NCBI GenBank assembly: GCA_965153285.1
Contig: OZ229115.1
Reading direction: 5' to 3' (one strand)
DNA length: 64,000 bases
From: Podarcis tiliguerta
Taxonomy: Eukaryota
The position numbers and the translations under genes are program-made. Of the stretch, positions 12,241 through 25,666 are shown piece after piece. Position 1 is the stretch's first letter, and every line of letters begins with the position of its first letter. Below the pieces are notes generated by a model that was not told the DNA's origin, did no database searches, and worked only from the letters and a program-made list of their open reading frames with translations.

Positions 12241-13334
12241 CGAAAGAGATGGATGGAAGAATACTGCTTTTGAGGGACTTGTGATCTTCCACCCGGAAAT
12301 GTCCCGTTTAAATAAGAAGCTACCAGTAGTCCACACTGCAAATTAATGCTAGTTGGTAGACAGCCAAGTTCCTTTTTGCATATTTGGACAGTTTTGCTAT
12401 GAGTGATCTGCAGTCTTCACTGCAAATGGTGAGCTGCTTTAAAAGCCAAGAAACAGACCGTGGTAAAGCTAGGAAGTTGTGCAATAGCATGACTGAAGGC
12501 ACAGGATACAAGGGAGAAATGGGAATGAGGGAAGGGTGCAGAGGAGAGCATGGGCAGAGGTGAGGACCCAAAGGTACTCAGAGCAAGAAGAGCCGAGGGA
12601 CTTCAGAAAGAAAGGAGGGAGCAATCAATTGGAAAGGGAATTTGAGCTAAGCAACCCCCTCAACTACAGGCCTGCTTAAAGCTACATTTCCATAAAATTC
12701 CCCACCATATGGCCTGTATTACACTTAAATACAGTTGTTTTCACATGCACACAGTGTTACTATTTCTGACAGTGAATTTCAAGTTCTAGTGGCATATGCT
12801 GGGAAACAACTCAATACATGCATCAAGGAAAAATGAAATAATGGGCTTACCTACGTTGCCTGTATAGAGTTGAAACTTCCCGCAGAGCTTGTCGATCAGA
12901 AGATGTAAAGGGAACTGCATACTCGTTCAGGAAATCATGCTTTTGCCTATATTGCAGTTGTTGACAGTCCAGGGATCTGCTTTCGTTGCAAGGTGACCCA
13001 TGAATTCATTCAGTAATGAGGGAAAGTAGTCCTGCACATGTTCAGAGACTCCTTTTTTCTTCTTCTTCACAACACATGTTCAGCAGTAGTACTGAAAACT
13101 AATTCCAGGACTCAGAGCTGTTGTCTGAAATTAAATCTAGCAGCTCTGCCTATATTCAGAGGCACTTTGAAAGTTTGGATAGGTGTCATGGCATGCTACT
13201 ACAGACTGGAAGTTCCTTCCAGGGCCAAGGGTTGGTTCAAATTGAGTCCTGAGTTTACCAGTGCTATTGACCCCTATGCAATTTAACAAATTATGCTGCT
13301 ATATAGCATAACCTTGCTTATTTTGCATCACGTA

Positions 13335-13552
13335 CAGTGGTACCTCAGGTTAAGTACTTAATTCGTTCCGGAGCTCTGTACTTAACCTGAAACTGTTCTT
13401 AACCTGAAGCACCACTTTAGCTAATGGGGCCTCCTGCTGCCGCCGGAGCCCGATTTCTGTTCTCATCCTGAAGCAAAGTTCTTAACCTGAAGCACTATTT
13501 CTGGGTTGGTGGAGTCTGTAACCTGAAGCGTATGTAACCTGAGGTACCACTG
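13335..13552. mobile_element. Tc1/mariner-pogo (Tigger-type) MITE
   Basis: Perfect 18-bp TIR cagtggtacctcaggtta / taacctgaggtaccactg, TA on both sides, internal repeats of taacctgaa; same family as 45196-45408. Confidence 0.92.
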
Positions 13553-14204
13553 TATTTTGAATGGTCTATTTGGGCTTTGTTGGAAGTTCAGCATTTTTTG
13601 CCATTACTGTTACAAAAAAAAAAGAAAAAGTCTAGGTCTCTGAACATGGACAAAGTCTTGAGCAAACAGCACAGAGCCATGGTAAAGAACTGTGCATTTA
13701 GAAGTCATTCTCTCTAAGCAATGAATTTCCTGTCCTACGCTTCTTTTACTTTTCCAGTAGATGCTATATGATCACCTGCAACTTTTAACACGGATGAGGA
13801 CTAGAAACAATTTTTGAAAAAATTATAATAATGAAAGCCAACTTTCAATATTTCTCAGGAATCCACACTCGGAGCAAGAAGCAGATTCTGCATAGTATAT
13901 TTTCAAGGCAAAATGTTAGTAGAAACATTTGCGAAGAAGACTGCAAAAACAGTTGGGGGAAGGAAATAAAGTTCTGTGGAATGGAGATGTAGTATAGTAG
14001 TTCCCACAGATCTCAATCTGTGCTGTTCCCTTGATGTAAAGAAGAAGTTAGAAGAGGTAGAAGCATTTCAATTGATTGAAAGAAGAATTTTGAAGGCGTG
14101 AAGGAGAAGAAAACTGAAAAATGGCACCCAGCCTGTAATGAGGAGGGATGGTGGTTACACTCAAACAAGTTAGGGTAGAAGATACAAGGGAAGAAGAAAA
14201 AATA

Positions 14205-14450
14205 CAATTTTATTTATTTAAAGCCTTTTTATACTGCTCTTGCACACCAAGAGTCTCCCAAAGTGGCTTGCAAGACTCAGATTCTACCTCAGGTTCATAA
14301 TCTAAAAGACACAATGCTGAAAGAGAAGAGCTGGCTCAGAGGCCCTGAGGTACTAGTCCTCTTACTAGCCTGTAGGAATGACTGCAAATGACAATTGAGG
14401 GAAGAGCCTGATGGAGCTGGTTTTTCAACAGAGCAGAAATAGCTATGCTG
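14205..14450 (-). mobile_element. Probable L2-family 3' UTR relic
   Basis: tttatttatttaaagccttttatactgc...aagtggcttgcaa...ctcaggttcataatctaaaagacac resembles squamate L2 tails; decayed. Confidence 0.4.
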
Positions 14451-14599
14451 AATTAAAGCTGGCATTAAGTGATTCTAAATATATTAAGACAGAATAACAA
14501 AGGTGTGTTAAGGAAGCAGATAAGAAGACATTGCACAACATGGCTTCTGTGTACAATTTAGCTGAGGTTATGGCGTGGGGTCTGATCTATAATCTGACC

Positions 14600-15022
14600 C
14601 TTAGGATCCCTTTCCCCCATATGAACCAAGCTGGACCTTGAGATCAACATCTGAGGCCCTTCTCTGTGTCCACCTCCCAAGAGATGTGCAGAGGGTGACA
14701 ATGAGAGAACAGGCCTTCTCTGTGGTGGCCCCTTGATTCTGGAATTCTCTCCCCAGGGAGACCTACCTGGCATTGACGGTGTTATCCTCCTGGCACCTGG
14801 AAAACTCAGTTTTCTTTTCTTGGGCATTTGGACAGCACCGATGGTTTGGCATTTCTTCTGGTGTTCATCCTTAACGTGGGTGGGAAGTTATTTTATGCTG
14901 CTGGGTGAACACTTTTATCATATTTGTTTGGTTTTAGTGGATTTTTTATTATATATTATAGATATTCTCTGTAAATTATTTCGGGACTGCTTTCGTGTGA
15001 AGTCATACATACACTGAATAAA
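14600..15022 (+). mobile_element. L2 LINE 3' end
   Basis: cccatatgaaccaagctggaccttgagatcaacatctgaggcccttctctgtgt...caggccttctctgtggtggccccttgattctggaattctctcccc, then a T-rich UTR and aataaaa. Confidence 0.8.
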
Positions 15023-15221
15023 ATCTCATCTAACAAGTGAAAAGCAGCAGCAGTAAAGCTCTTATTTGCCTTTGGTAACTAAGTGAAGAAACATGCCAAT
15101 GAAGAAACATGAGCATGGACCAAAATAAAAAATAAAAGCAACAGTTGCATTTAACTCTTTATTAAGTGCTCCAAGAGCAAGTAACCAGATTTCAGCTGTT
15201 CTTGTATATAGCATAGCACAG

Positions 15222-15332
15222 ATTTCCTCAACCCGGTGCCTTCCAAATGCTTTGTCCTGCAAATCCCATCAGCTTGAGGCAGTACAATTGTTTTAATCCA
15301 AAACATTTGGAGGGCACCAAATTGAAGACTGA
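15222..15332. mobile_element. Short hairpin MITE relic (hAT-like family)
   Basis: Inverted arms gtgccttccaaatg / catttggagggcac with a cccatcagc core; related copies at 20263, 22406, 30866, 34120 and 36328. Confidence 0.6.
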
Positions 15333-15336
15333 CATG

Positions 15337-15445
15337 ACATAGCATAACATAGCATAACGTAAGTAACATAACAACATAACATAACATAACATAACATAAC
15401 ATAACATAACATAACATAACATAACATAACATAACATAACAACAA
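15337..15445. repeat. Pentanucleotide microsatellite (ACATA)n
   Basis: Direct reading; produces the spurious CYVML ORFs. Confidence 0.95.
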
Positions 15446-15512
15446 CACTCCATTCAGAAAGCAGCAGCAGCAAACTTTGCAAGTATTTTGATTCCATCAA
15501 CATGTTGAATGG

Positions 15513-15537
15513 ACACACACACACACACACACACACA
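15513..15537. repeat. (AC)n microsatellite
   Basis: Direct reading. Confidence 0.95.
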
Positions 15538-18350
15538 TCAACCAACTTTGAAAATATTCAACTGAAACCTTACAAAACTCAAACATAGTATCAGTAGTTT
15601 CACGCACAAGGCTCCCTCTGCCTGCTTTTTAATCCATACTGGTAAGAGGTCATTTTGATTATCAAACTGTCTTTGCGAGTCATTACTTTGCATATATTCT
15701 AGAGGAGCCAAGAGTAGATACATTGGCATTCAGTGGATGTATTACAGGAGTTTCCCTTTTCCTACAAGGATTTCTCTTTCCCCTATTCCCCCTGAAAATT
15801 CTGCACCTGATTCCTCAATCTTTTCTGGAGGTTTCAGGGATGCTCCAGAGCAGATCGAAGGGGCATGGTGCCGGTACTGAAGGGAACAGGAAAGGAGGGG
15901 AGGGATTCATTTACTCCTGTCCACACAAACTTGGATATCATCCACTCTTTAGATATTAAAGATGACACATCACAGTGTCCTAGGGAATATTGCCAGGACC
16001 TGTATCCATGTGAATTAACCCCTTTAACACTTGCAAATGATATATGTCTTACGCAATAAATGTAGAGATTACCCAGCATTGTTGAATGCATTTTTCTGTT
16101 TGCTGAGTGCTTCGAAAAGCTCTTAACATGGCAGGAAGTAATCTGTTGGTTTGCTTTTGAGGGAAAAGGCTTGCGATTAAACAACCAATAACAAAATCAA
16201 CAGGAGCATTTGCAAGTAAAGTAGCACCTCCCCCCCCCCTTTCAAAAATGATTGGCTGGAAAGAGAAAGGGAAGCCATTTTGAATCCAGTTTTGTTGTCC
16301 CAGCTTCTCTGAAGGGTTTATCGCTTTAGTGCTTTATGATGAGTGCGTGGGTTCCTTAAGAGTTGCCTGAGTTCTCTTCTCGGTCTTAGTGGAAGGTTGG
16401 TTATTCCCTTGAGCCCGATGGTAGGAACATCTATTGGAAGATGCTTTGTCCTTCCTGCCAAGAAGTGAAGACAACAAGATATACTGGTAAAATACATTCC
16501 AGTGTTGACAGTGCTGCATATGTGGAATGATCCTATGAAAATACTTGGGAAGAATCTCAGAGCACAATTGTTTGCTGCCAGGAAAATCCCAAAGAAAGAT
16601 ATAATTTGTTTAAAAAGCTCAAAATGAGTCCTATTCAGGCACTGAACAAACACAGAGAGAAAGCTATTCTAGCTATACGATTTATTCCTTCTGTCTCTCG
16701 TTTCAGGGATAGCACTCACAGTTTTCTTTTAACAACACAACACAACACAACACAGAAGACTTGTGGTGTCTTTGTAATACTTGTCTTATTTGCAAATGGA
16801 ATACCAGAGCAAGCTGGAAGCAAATCAACACCCCTAAAAGATGCAGCCAGTCTGCTAACCCTGCCTTAGATTCCCAAAGGGCAGCTTTAACTTCTGTAAT
16901 ATTGCAAATGAAATCCTCCCAGTTTATATTGATTCCATCCTGAAGAGGGGCAAGCAACGGCCCTCTAGACCTCTATATTTAGAATATGAGACACTCTCCA
17001 GACCACACCCCTCATTGGCCTTGTACCAATATTTTGTACTAGTTTCTTTGCTTGCCACAGTAAGAACTTAAAGTGATATGATTAGTGAGGTGATATTTCT
17101 TGGTAGCACCATAAGCCTTATGGCTTAAGATAAACACATGAAGCACACTTTCTAAAAGGTTGCTCCTTCATTATGTATGATCTCGCAGCATCAGATAACA
17201 TAGGCATGCAGAGTACGAAAGAAGAGGGGAAAACACAGTGACTTATTTAAAAGCGAGTTTATAGGTGGGTGGAAATTTTCTTGGGGAAGAGATCAGAACA
17301 TGTAGGTTATCCCTGCTAAACTGAAACACCTGGGACTTTAACCGTACGGTGCAAAGCAGAGATTTCATTGCCTATCAGATTCTTCATCTCAAAGAGACAG
17401 CAGGATAAGGCATTGTCATTACATGGAGGGCCGTGCATGGGTCGGAACAGTTCCTGGTGCTGCTCCTGCTGAGATGAAGAGGTTAACTGCCCAACTTTTC
17501 CTTCTCTTGTGCTTCTGCCGAAAGGCACAGCCTCAATTTGTGTGTTTGCTGCATCTGCATCCATGCAGCCTGTGCGCAAAATATGGGGCTGCATTGTTCC
17601 AGACGGCATTTTGATTTCTAAAGCCCTTGACAGGGTAATTGTTGTAATAGGGTATTTTGGTGAGCCCTCTGCTTGAGGCTGTCCAAGCAATGCAAATCTC
17701 TCTGATTTCTGTAAATGGATCCCTTTCACCGAGCCCACGCAAATGTGTCACAGTTTAAAACTGAAAGGGTTTTATTTTTCTGCCTCCAGCAGCAGCTACA
17801 AGCATTGAGATCTGCAATTAAAATGTGCAGACGCATGTAGGAGTAAAACTGACAGATTATAATTATCAATAGACAAGGGGGGAAACAAAAATTAATTTCT
17901 GAGGCAAAACATATAATTTGCCTTTAAACGGTAATAGCTATTCCATTCCTCATGCAATTTACTGCTCGACAAAATCAGACTTAAGTTGTTTGGGATTCCA
18001 GCATCTCTCCCCTGCCCCAAATTACATTGACCTATGGGAGTGTGATGTGGGCTTTCAAGTGGATGTCAGTGGACAGTATATGAAAATGCAAAGATAGCAG
18101 ACAGCAGAGGCTATGGGTGCAATCCAACTGGTGGTCCTAGTAGTGTTGTAACTGGAGAATTTGCTAATGGGGGTGAAGGGAAAGTATCTGACAATTACCT
18201 CTCCGCCCTGCAGCCCCAAAGGTTTCTGATAATCTGTTCTAGAGGGGTGGGATAATGCAATGCAAGAGAACATCTCAGATAGCAACACTTGCTTTGAATA
18301 GGGTGGGGGGACAGTGCCATGTGTGTGAGGCAGTTTCCTATAGGCTTGTA

Positions 18351-18378
18351 GTGTGTGTGTGTGTGTGTGTGTGTGTGT
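18351..18378. repeat. (GT)n microsatellite
   Basis: Direct reading. Confidence 0.95.
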
Positions 18379-19809
18379 TAGATCAATTGGAACTGCTTTT
18401 CTCATCGTGCTGAAAGGCACGGGCCTCACTCCTGCAAGAGCAGTGCAATTGCTGTACAAATGTAATCTTAAGAAAATGCAATGTAAATTTAATAAATGTA
18501 ATAGAGGGATAGAGGGATAACCTTTCAACAGAAGAAATGCTTAGGAACAAAGAATGGTGATGGACCTGAGGATAGTCCGTTGGTAATGTGAGGGTGCAGT
18601 GCATATCTTACAATGAACAGATTTTTTAAAATCCCCGAAATGATACAGCATTACTCTGGAGAGGCAATCTTGCCCTTCCTTGTTTTTAAAAGCCTGCATG
18701 AGAACTTGTGTGATAAATCAAGTCAGCACTCACTCACTATTATAAACTGTAGCGATGGAGATGGGTCACAGGATTGTGCCTAATCCTCAGTGATATCACA
18801 GATATTGTTAAAAAGGCACTCATGATGGTCCTAGAGGAATGTACATATGTTTTTCACAGGACATGGCACTTGTGATTTGGGGAATGGGTTTCAGATCCAG
18901 GTTATGGAATCTGAAGGAAGGTTCCCCCAAAGCCCAAATACTTCCCTTGATCTCACACACTGGTATCACTTCGTATTGACTAACTAGGGGCAAAATGACA
19001 AAATTATGACACTCAAGCAATAGACTTTCCCCTTTCTACCTCACACAAATAGCTTCTTAAAAAAAATATGTGTGGCATCTTATGCTGCTGAAATGTAAAC
19101 TTTAATACTCGAGTCACTTCCTTATCATCAGAAGTAGAAGAATGTGTATTTTATGAAAATACTCTCAGTCTGTGATGACATTTAATTAAATTGGATTTAC
19201 TAAATGGTTCAGAAAGCCTGTTTTCCAATTAACTGAAGCGTTTCACAGGCAGGCTATTTCTCTACCTGCTGTGGTGTCTTAACAGCGCAGGCATGGTGCT
19301 CAGGCTCAAAGATTTACCAGGGCCAGGCCCTTCTCGAAGCACTGTGCTAAAATAGAAAGAGGGACATGCTCTGATCTTATCTTGCCGATTCTAGTGTAAG
19401 AAATACAGCTGATATAATCACTGAAAGATTTCAGAATTATCTGTTTACAGGCGAAATATGATTTGCTCAGTATTTCTGTAGTCGCTGACTGCATATGGAT
19501 GGACTATGAGCTGCATGTAATACAAACACATCAAAGATTGTGTAGCTGAGAGAAGTGTATTTTGTTTTGTCAAAGTCTGCTGCTTCACAATGCATCTGTG
19601 ATCACTCTTGGCTGCGAGGTGGGGCAAAGTAAAAGGTGCAGAGGTGTCGCAGCCCGAGTGCAGGTTCAGTGAAAGAAACGATAGTGGCATCGTGAAAATG
19701 CACAAAACCTGGAAATTCAATAATCCACCCCCCGTTCTCGCACTCTGGTAGTTTTGTTTCATCAGTCTCAATAACCACCTCATTCTATATGAGTTTGTCT
19801 GTGAATCCC

Positions 19810-20125
19810 TCTCAGTGGAACACCTTCTGTCTTCAGAGTTGTGGTGAGGGTGCACAAGAGACAAGATTTTTTTATATGGTGCCTAGACTGTGGAACAGTG
19901 CCCCAAGAGTGGTATTCCTGCCCCATGACAGCCCTCTTTTAGGTAGGCAGTCAAGCTTACATCATTCCAGCAAATTTGTAAGCAATTGTGGCCTTATGTC
20001 ACTGTTTCTGTCCGTTGCAGTTTTTTCTTGGAAGATATGTTTTTCTACTGTTTTATAGTTTTATGGCAAGCTTCCTCAGATATCAGCTTACAGAAAAGCA
20101 GGGTATAAATTGTAGTAGCAAAGAA
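19810..20125 (+). mobile_element. L2 LINE 3' end, decayed
   Basis: Peptide TRFFYMVPRLWNSAP resembles L2 RAFSVVAPRLWNSLP; followed by a T-rich UTR and gcagggtataaat. Confidence 0.6.
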
Positions 20126-20262
20126 ACAGTTATTATTTATTTGTATGTTTATATTTTGCATTTCTTCCGTCATTGAGCTCATGGTGGTGTAGGTGGGGTT
20201 TCCAGATCCAGATCTACTTATTTCAAGTGAGATACCTTCATTCTTATTTGTCTACATGCCTT

Positions 20263-20388
20263 CAGGGGTGGAGCACTTGTGGCACTCCATATGTTGCTAG
20301 AGAACATCATCCCTGACCATGCATGAAAAAGGACCAAGCTGGCTGAGTTCCAACTTCAGCTCTTGGGCTACATGTTGCCAACCCCTGG
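20263..20388. mobile_element. hAT-like hairpin MITE
   Basis: Termini caggggt ... acccctg; catcatccctgacc core shared with other copies. Confidence 0.65.
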
Positions 20389-20460
20389 CCTACCACTTCC
20401 CAATCATTAGTACTTGTGTGAGAGCATAGCCCTCTCAGTTATGTCATTTAAATACACATA

Positions 20461-20769
20461 CTAGGCTTGCCGATCAGAAGCAGTTCAAATCCCCGCGACG
20501 GTGTGAGCTCCCGTTGCTCGGTCCCTGCTCCTGCCCACCTAGCAGTTTTAAAGCACGTCAAAGTGCAAGTAGATAAATAGGTACCGCTCCGGCGGGAAGG
20601 TTAACAGCATTTCCGTGCATTGCTCTGGTTCGCCAGAAGCAGCTTAGTCATGCTGGCCACATGACCTGGAAGCTTACCGGCTCCCTCGGCCAGTAAAGCG
20701 AGATGAGTGCCACAACCCCAGAGTCATCCATGACTGGACCTAATGGTCAGGGGTCCCTTTACCTTTTAC
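20461..20769 (+). mobile_element. Sauria SINE, 5'-truncated
   Basis: ctaggcttgccgatcagaag...ggacctaatggtcaggggtccctttacctttt; homologous to the 11560 copy. Confidence 0.92.
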
Positions 20770-22405
20770 TGAACTCAGAAAGCTTAGGAAAGTAATTTGT
20801 CATTAGGGAGGCAGGTCGCCAAGCAAGTGCATGTATCCCTGGAGGTTTTTAAGGAGCTCTTCCTGAAGAAGCTTTTACCCAGGGAGTAAAACTGAGTTTT
20901 TAATAATACTAGCAACATTTTTTAAAAAAAATTGTGGAAAGCAAGCTCATCAACGATTCCATCCCACACCCACCACTGTATCACTGTCATTCAGGAACAT
21001 AAGATACCACATTCTGGAGATTTCATGCTAAATCAGGATGGCTTTGCTAGGTACACAACTGACCAAGTTTAATTACATTAAAAAAGGTAAAGAATTCTTT
21101 TTCAAAAAAGCAGCCAGGTGCATTTTGAAACCTACCATGTACTGGAGATTGGTGCCAATGGTCTCTCTGTGATGCTGTTTAGCCTGTAGTAATCCAAAAA
21201 GGTTCTGGCCACATTCCTTCCTAGTTTCATATCTGTGAGTGTCTAATTAAGGAGAACTGCTTAAAAGGGGTTTTTAAAATCCAAACCAGCTGCAAAGGTA
21301 AATTACAGTGATACGATGCATAAGCAAATTTGAGTTTAATACTCCAATAGATCTGAGCTTAATATTTATTAACAGGTTTACAAGTGTCATAATTGGGTAT
21401 CACTTTTGTTCAAACCAAACAATAATATGTTGCTAAAATTGTAACGTATGCTCCCACTGGAATTACCTCACGCACACTCATGTGACTTGGCTACTCTAAA
21501 GAGGATTCTCAGCTCCTGAAAGGGAATGTTATGTACAGCTTTATTATGTATCACCTTTACATAACCTACTGAACCAAACACCCTGTCCCTTCAGCAAACA
21601 CCAATGATTGTCCATGATTTTGTATGCACTTCCATTTTGTGCACACATACATTATATTATTAGCTTTTCGTCCATTCTGAAACTTAAATCTATTTGTGTC
21701 TTGTACAAATGCAGTTATCAGTAATTACCTGATGCAATTTCCAATAGTGGGAAATTCCAGAAGTATAACATTTCAGGGTTTCCAGGCATCTTATGTAAAG
21801 ATGCCAACTTCTAAATGAAGCATTTGTTATTACCCGCCTACTCACATTAGGGATATCAAAACAAATGAATTTAAGATGCAGAGTTCACACTCTGTGGGGG
21901 GAAATATCTCTGCTCATTATTTTTTCTTCAAATGGAGAAGATGACTAATGTGAAATCATGTAAAGTCTTAGCTCTGTGGCTGAAAGCTGGAAGTATTATA
22001 CAGAGAAACTAATCCAAGAGGTTTGTAAATGAGCTACAGTCTAATTGTAGAAATGACCCTGAAGCCTTTGCAGGATTATTATTCAACTGGGGCAAAGGGA
22101 GACAAAGTAGTAGAAATACCTTTTTATATATATATTCAGAACCAACTTTTATTAGCACGAATGTGCCAGGTTTCACCTTGAATCAAGCTATTTCTCATAA
22201 GGGGGGTAAACCTGAGTCTGGATTGTTCCACTTCTGACTGTAGGTGGGGGAATCACATCATGGGAATCTGTAAGAACAAGACTTCACACTCTTGGAAATA
22301 ACTGAGCTTTCATTTAAGACAAGGACAATAATCGCTTCAAGTAATGTTTGATGTCAGCTCAGAACCAACCACTGTTTGTCATGAGGGACCTAACCCAAGA
22401 TCTAG

Positions 22406-22492
22406 GCAGGGCTAGAGAACCTGTGGCCCTCCAGATATTACAAAACTATTGTTCCATCATCCTTGAACATGCTTGCTGGGTCTGATGGGAAA
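22406..22492. mobile_element. hAT-like hairpin MITE, partial
   Basis: gcaggggctagagaacctgtggccctccagat...ccatcatccttga...gggtctgatggga. Confidence 0.6.
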
Positions 22493-23101
22493 GTTTTTAA
22501 AAAAGAAAGAAAACATTCATGATATCATTCAGAAGGTATTATTACCCTGCTTCTTAATGTAGCACAAGTCTCAGCGACCAAGACCTTTTCTAAAGTCCTG
22601 CAGATACACTGTGCAGCACCTGTTTCATTTATTCTTTCTCCGGATTTCAGCTTAACTACATTTGATGTAGGTGCATATGAGATGTCAATTGTTTCATCTA
22701 TCATTGGCTCCAGGTGTTTAGTACTTCATAGATCTCCTGCAGAAAGCTGCATTGGTAGTCTGAAAAAGCTTGATCTTGGGATGTTTCTCAGTCACTTTTT
22801 GCAGACAATTGCATCTCTCACATGCAAAGGAGATAAAGGCTTTGCACTTTTGCTATTGTAATGATTCTCTTATCTCAACTTCAGATGCGCTCCATGTGTC
22901 TTTGTCCTCTAATCAGTTGAGCTGGTAACAAATGAAATAAGGGTGCTGAAAAAGGCGGTCTGGTTCTTAAAATCCACTCTTTGTCCACTATAATCGCAGC
23001 AATGTCTTCAACTGGTTCCTTTTTCTTTCTTTTGCGTGACTTTTATTTTCAGTTTTTCCTCTTACACTATCCTGCATTTGCAATCTATAAAATTATGCCA
23101 C

Positions 23102-23103
<2 letters not shown>

Positions 23104-23132
<29 letters not shown>
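23104..23132. repeat. (GA)n microsatellite
   Basis: Direct reading. Confidence 0.95.
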
Positions 23133-23135
<3 letters not shown>

Positions 23136-25099
23136 TTACTTGACCCAATGCAGTGCTTACTTCAATGGAACTAACAATGGCTGCTTCCCTGGATTTCAAT
23201 TTTCCAGAGGTGTTCCCCAGAACATTGGTTCCTGCCTTAATTACCATCCTCGTGATGGCTATTGGATTAGTATTCCTTTCTCTTTTCTGGCCCAAATGAC
23301 ATGGTGAAAGACCTGCTCTTGGAAAAACAGAAGTGGCAGCAGTTCCTCCTCTGCTAGTGGCTACATTTCAATACATTTGGAAGGAATATAAGAAACCTTA
23401 GCCCCCTAGGAAAGGATATCATTTGAAGTTAATGGTGGGTGAAATTTCCTGTAACGCTATCAATTACCCATTTTTACCCATCCCAACTGGTCAGATAAAG
23501 GCGCGTAAAACCTTTCTCTTTATTTAAATCCAAGTAAAACACCATATTTCTGATTAGTTTCAGTTTCTTATTATGCAGTATCCTTTCCACTTCTATAGTC
23601 CTCTTTGCTGTCATATTGAAACACTTTGGGGAGTCATCCATTGCCAGTTTTCACTCAAGAAGATTTGTTGCTCCTGTTTAGTGTCAGTCTGCTCACAACC
23701 ATTCCCTGTAATCGCAGCTTCAAGAACTGCACACAGAGCCTTCTTCCAGCAATAAAAACCTCAATTTGGAAACCTGTTAGCGCTATGAGTCTTTAGGGGA
23801 GATACTAAGCACTGTAGCTTTAATAGCTCACTGATCATTTAATAATGTTGCCACTGCAGAGACCAGTCGCACTATGATCCATCCTTGCGCTTGTTTTACT
23901 TCTTAAAATGTGGGGTCATTTTGCTTTCAAGATTGTGGGTTGACTTTCCACCCCCCGTTTTGCAAAGCAGTGGCAATTATTGGAAATAATAAGACTCCTT
24001 TCAAAGCCACAATCTCATTTTAATAAGATCTGTTGTGTCATTTCTATGCCACAGTGAGTGAGGCTTCTGCCGCGATAAGGATTTGACAAGGGCAAAGCCA
24101 GTTAGCAGCGCCGTTCAATATTTGATAAGTCCTTTGGGGGTCTCCATCAAACGGATTGGATCTTAACTTTTATGTCTCTTCTAGAGGACAGCACCTCCAT
24201 CAGCCTGAAATGCTATTGGCTGGGTTATTAGTTATGGAACTCATCCAAGTCTATCCCCCTAAGAGGATTAAGAACTATGACCTTCTAGACTGGAGGTATC
24301 ATTTGACAGACCTGTGTGCTTCTTTGTTTTATGCAAGCAGTTAAATTATGAAAAAAGAGGAAGAAGAGGGAGGGAGATGCATACAGAGGAAAAAGCCAAC
24401 AACAAGATACAGCTCTGCTGAGTATGCCAACTTTGCTAGAAAGTCAGTTTTCCATTACAGAAATTGCGGTGTTTATCAAGAAAAGAATTTCCTCTCTTTC
24501 ATGTAACTATGGCCTAGGAATATATTTTTGTCGGTTTCATTAAGAAATAGGTCCTTAGGTGTGTGGGTACTGATGTTCAAGACTATGGAAGCTTTTCCTG
24601 AGTTGAAACTCTGTCATGTATGTCTCTTTCATCACAGTTGCACTAAATGAGCAATATAAATCATTCTCTCCTCTCACACACCCCATCTAGCAAACCAAAC
24701 AATTCTCCCCACTATCTGGCTGGATATTTTCTCAGCTTCAAAATGCAATTTCCCCCCCTTTAATGGTCACCTGCACTTGTGAATGCATGTAGAAAATTAG
24801 AATATCAAAGAGAATGGTCCAAGCTAGTCAACTTCCTGATGTGCTAGTTTTCTATGTACATGGATTTTTAAAAACAGGATAATAGAAAGACCCGCATTCA
24901 GTTACCATAAGTCTGTTGTAGTGGGTTGCAGGTTGGACACTCCATATGAGATTTTGAGCTGAGTTGCATGTTTAAAAGAATAATGAGAATGTATATATAA
25001 ATACCTCCCAACATACTTGCATGTAGAAAAGCTGCATGTTGTGAATGAGCTTAGCCTTCTCTGTGTAGTGCTAATTTTCTCTTTGCAGATAGTTGTTTG

Positions 25100-25410
25100 T
25101 AGGGATGGGGGACAAAATTGGTTGAGTTCACATTTGAAGGTGAACCTGCCTACCGTAATTTGCTCTGCCCGAAGCAAAAAAGTGAACTGGAGGACAGCTA
25201 TTTGCACTTCTCTGAATTTTGCAATGCAGTTCTCCAGAAAATGTGTACAAAAAAATGCATCTACTTGAGTAAAGTGTGCATCAAAATGCATAGATTTGTG
25301 AAGACAACATCAATGCATTACATAAATGCTAATGGATTTTCACAATGACCCTTTAAAGAAAGGAAATTTGCAACTGATATGGACAACGACAGAAGCGTCC
25401 GGATATAGCT
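25100..25410. mobile_element. Decayed squamate interspersed repeat (probable DNA-transposon derivative)
   Basis: tagggatgggggacaaaatt...tgaacctgcc...aaaatgcat-rich interior resembles an abundant squamate repeat; family not assignable. Confidence 0.4.
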
Positions 25411-25639
25411 TGTTTGTTTTCAATAGTGGACTGTGTTCAAACATGTGGTCCTGCACCTGTGGTTTGCAGTGGTGCAATCCAAGAAAGACTGTACTTTATT
25501 CTTCTCCTCAGCATATACATTAGCAAGCAGAGAAAACTCAGCAACATCAAGTGCTTTCTCTCTTTCATTCTTTTTTAGAAACAAGGTGCCAGTACTCTCA
25601 CCATGTAGTTGTTATAGGAAGTGACACGCTTTAACATGG

Positions 25640-25666
25640 GTGTGTGTGTGTGTGTGTGTGTGTGTG
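25640..25666. repeat. (GT)n microsatellite
   Basis: Direct reading. Confidence 0.95.

Noticed and set aside
15151-15545. CYVML-repeat ORFs
   Set aside because: Translation of the (ACATA)n microsatellite.
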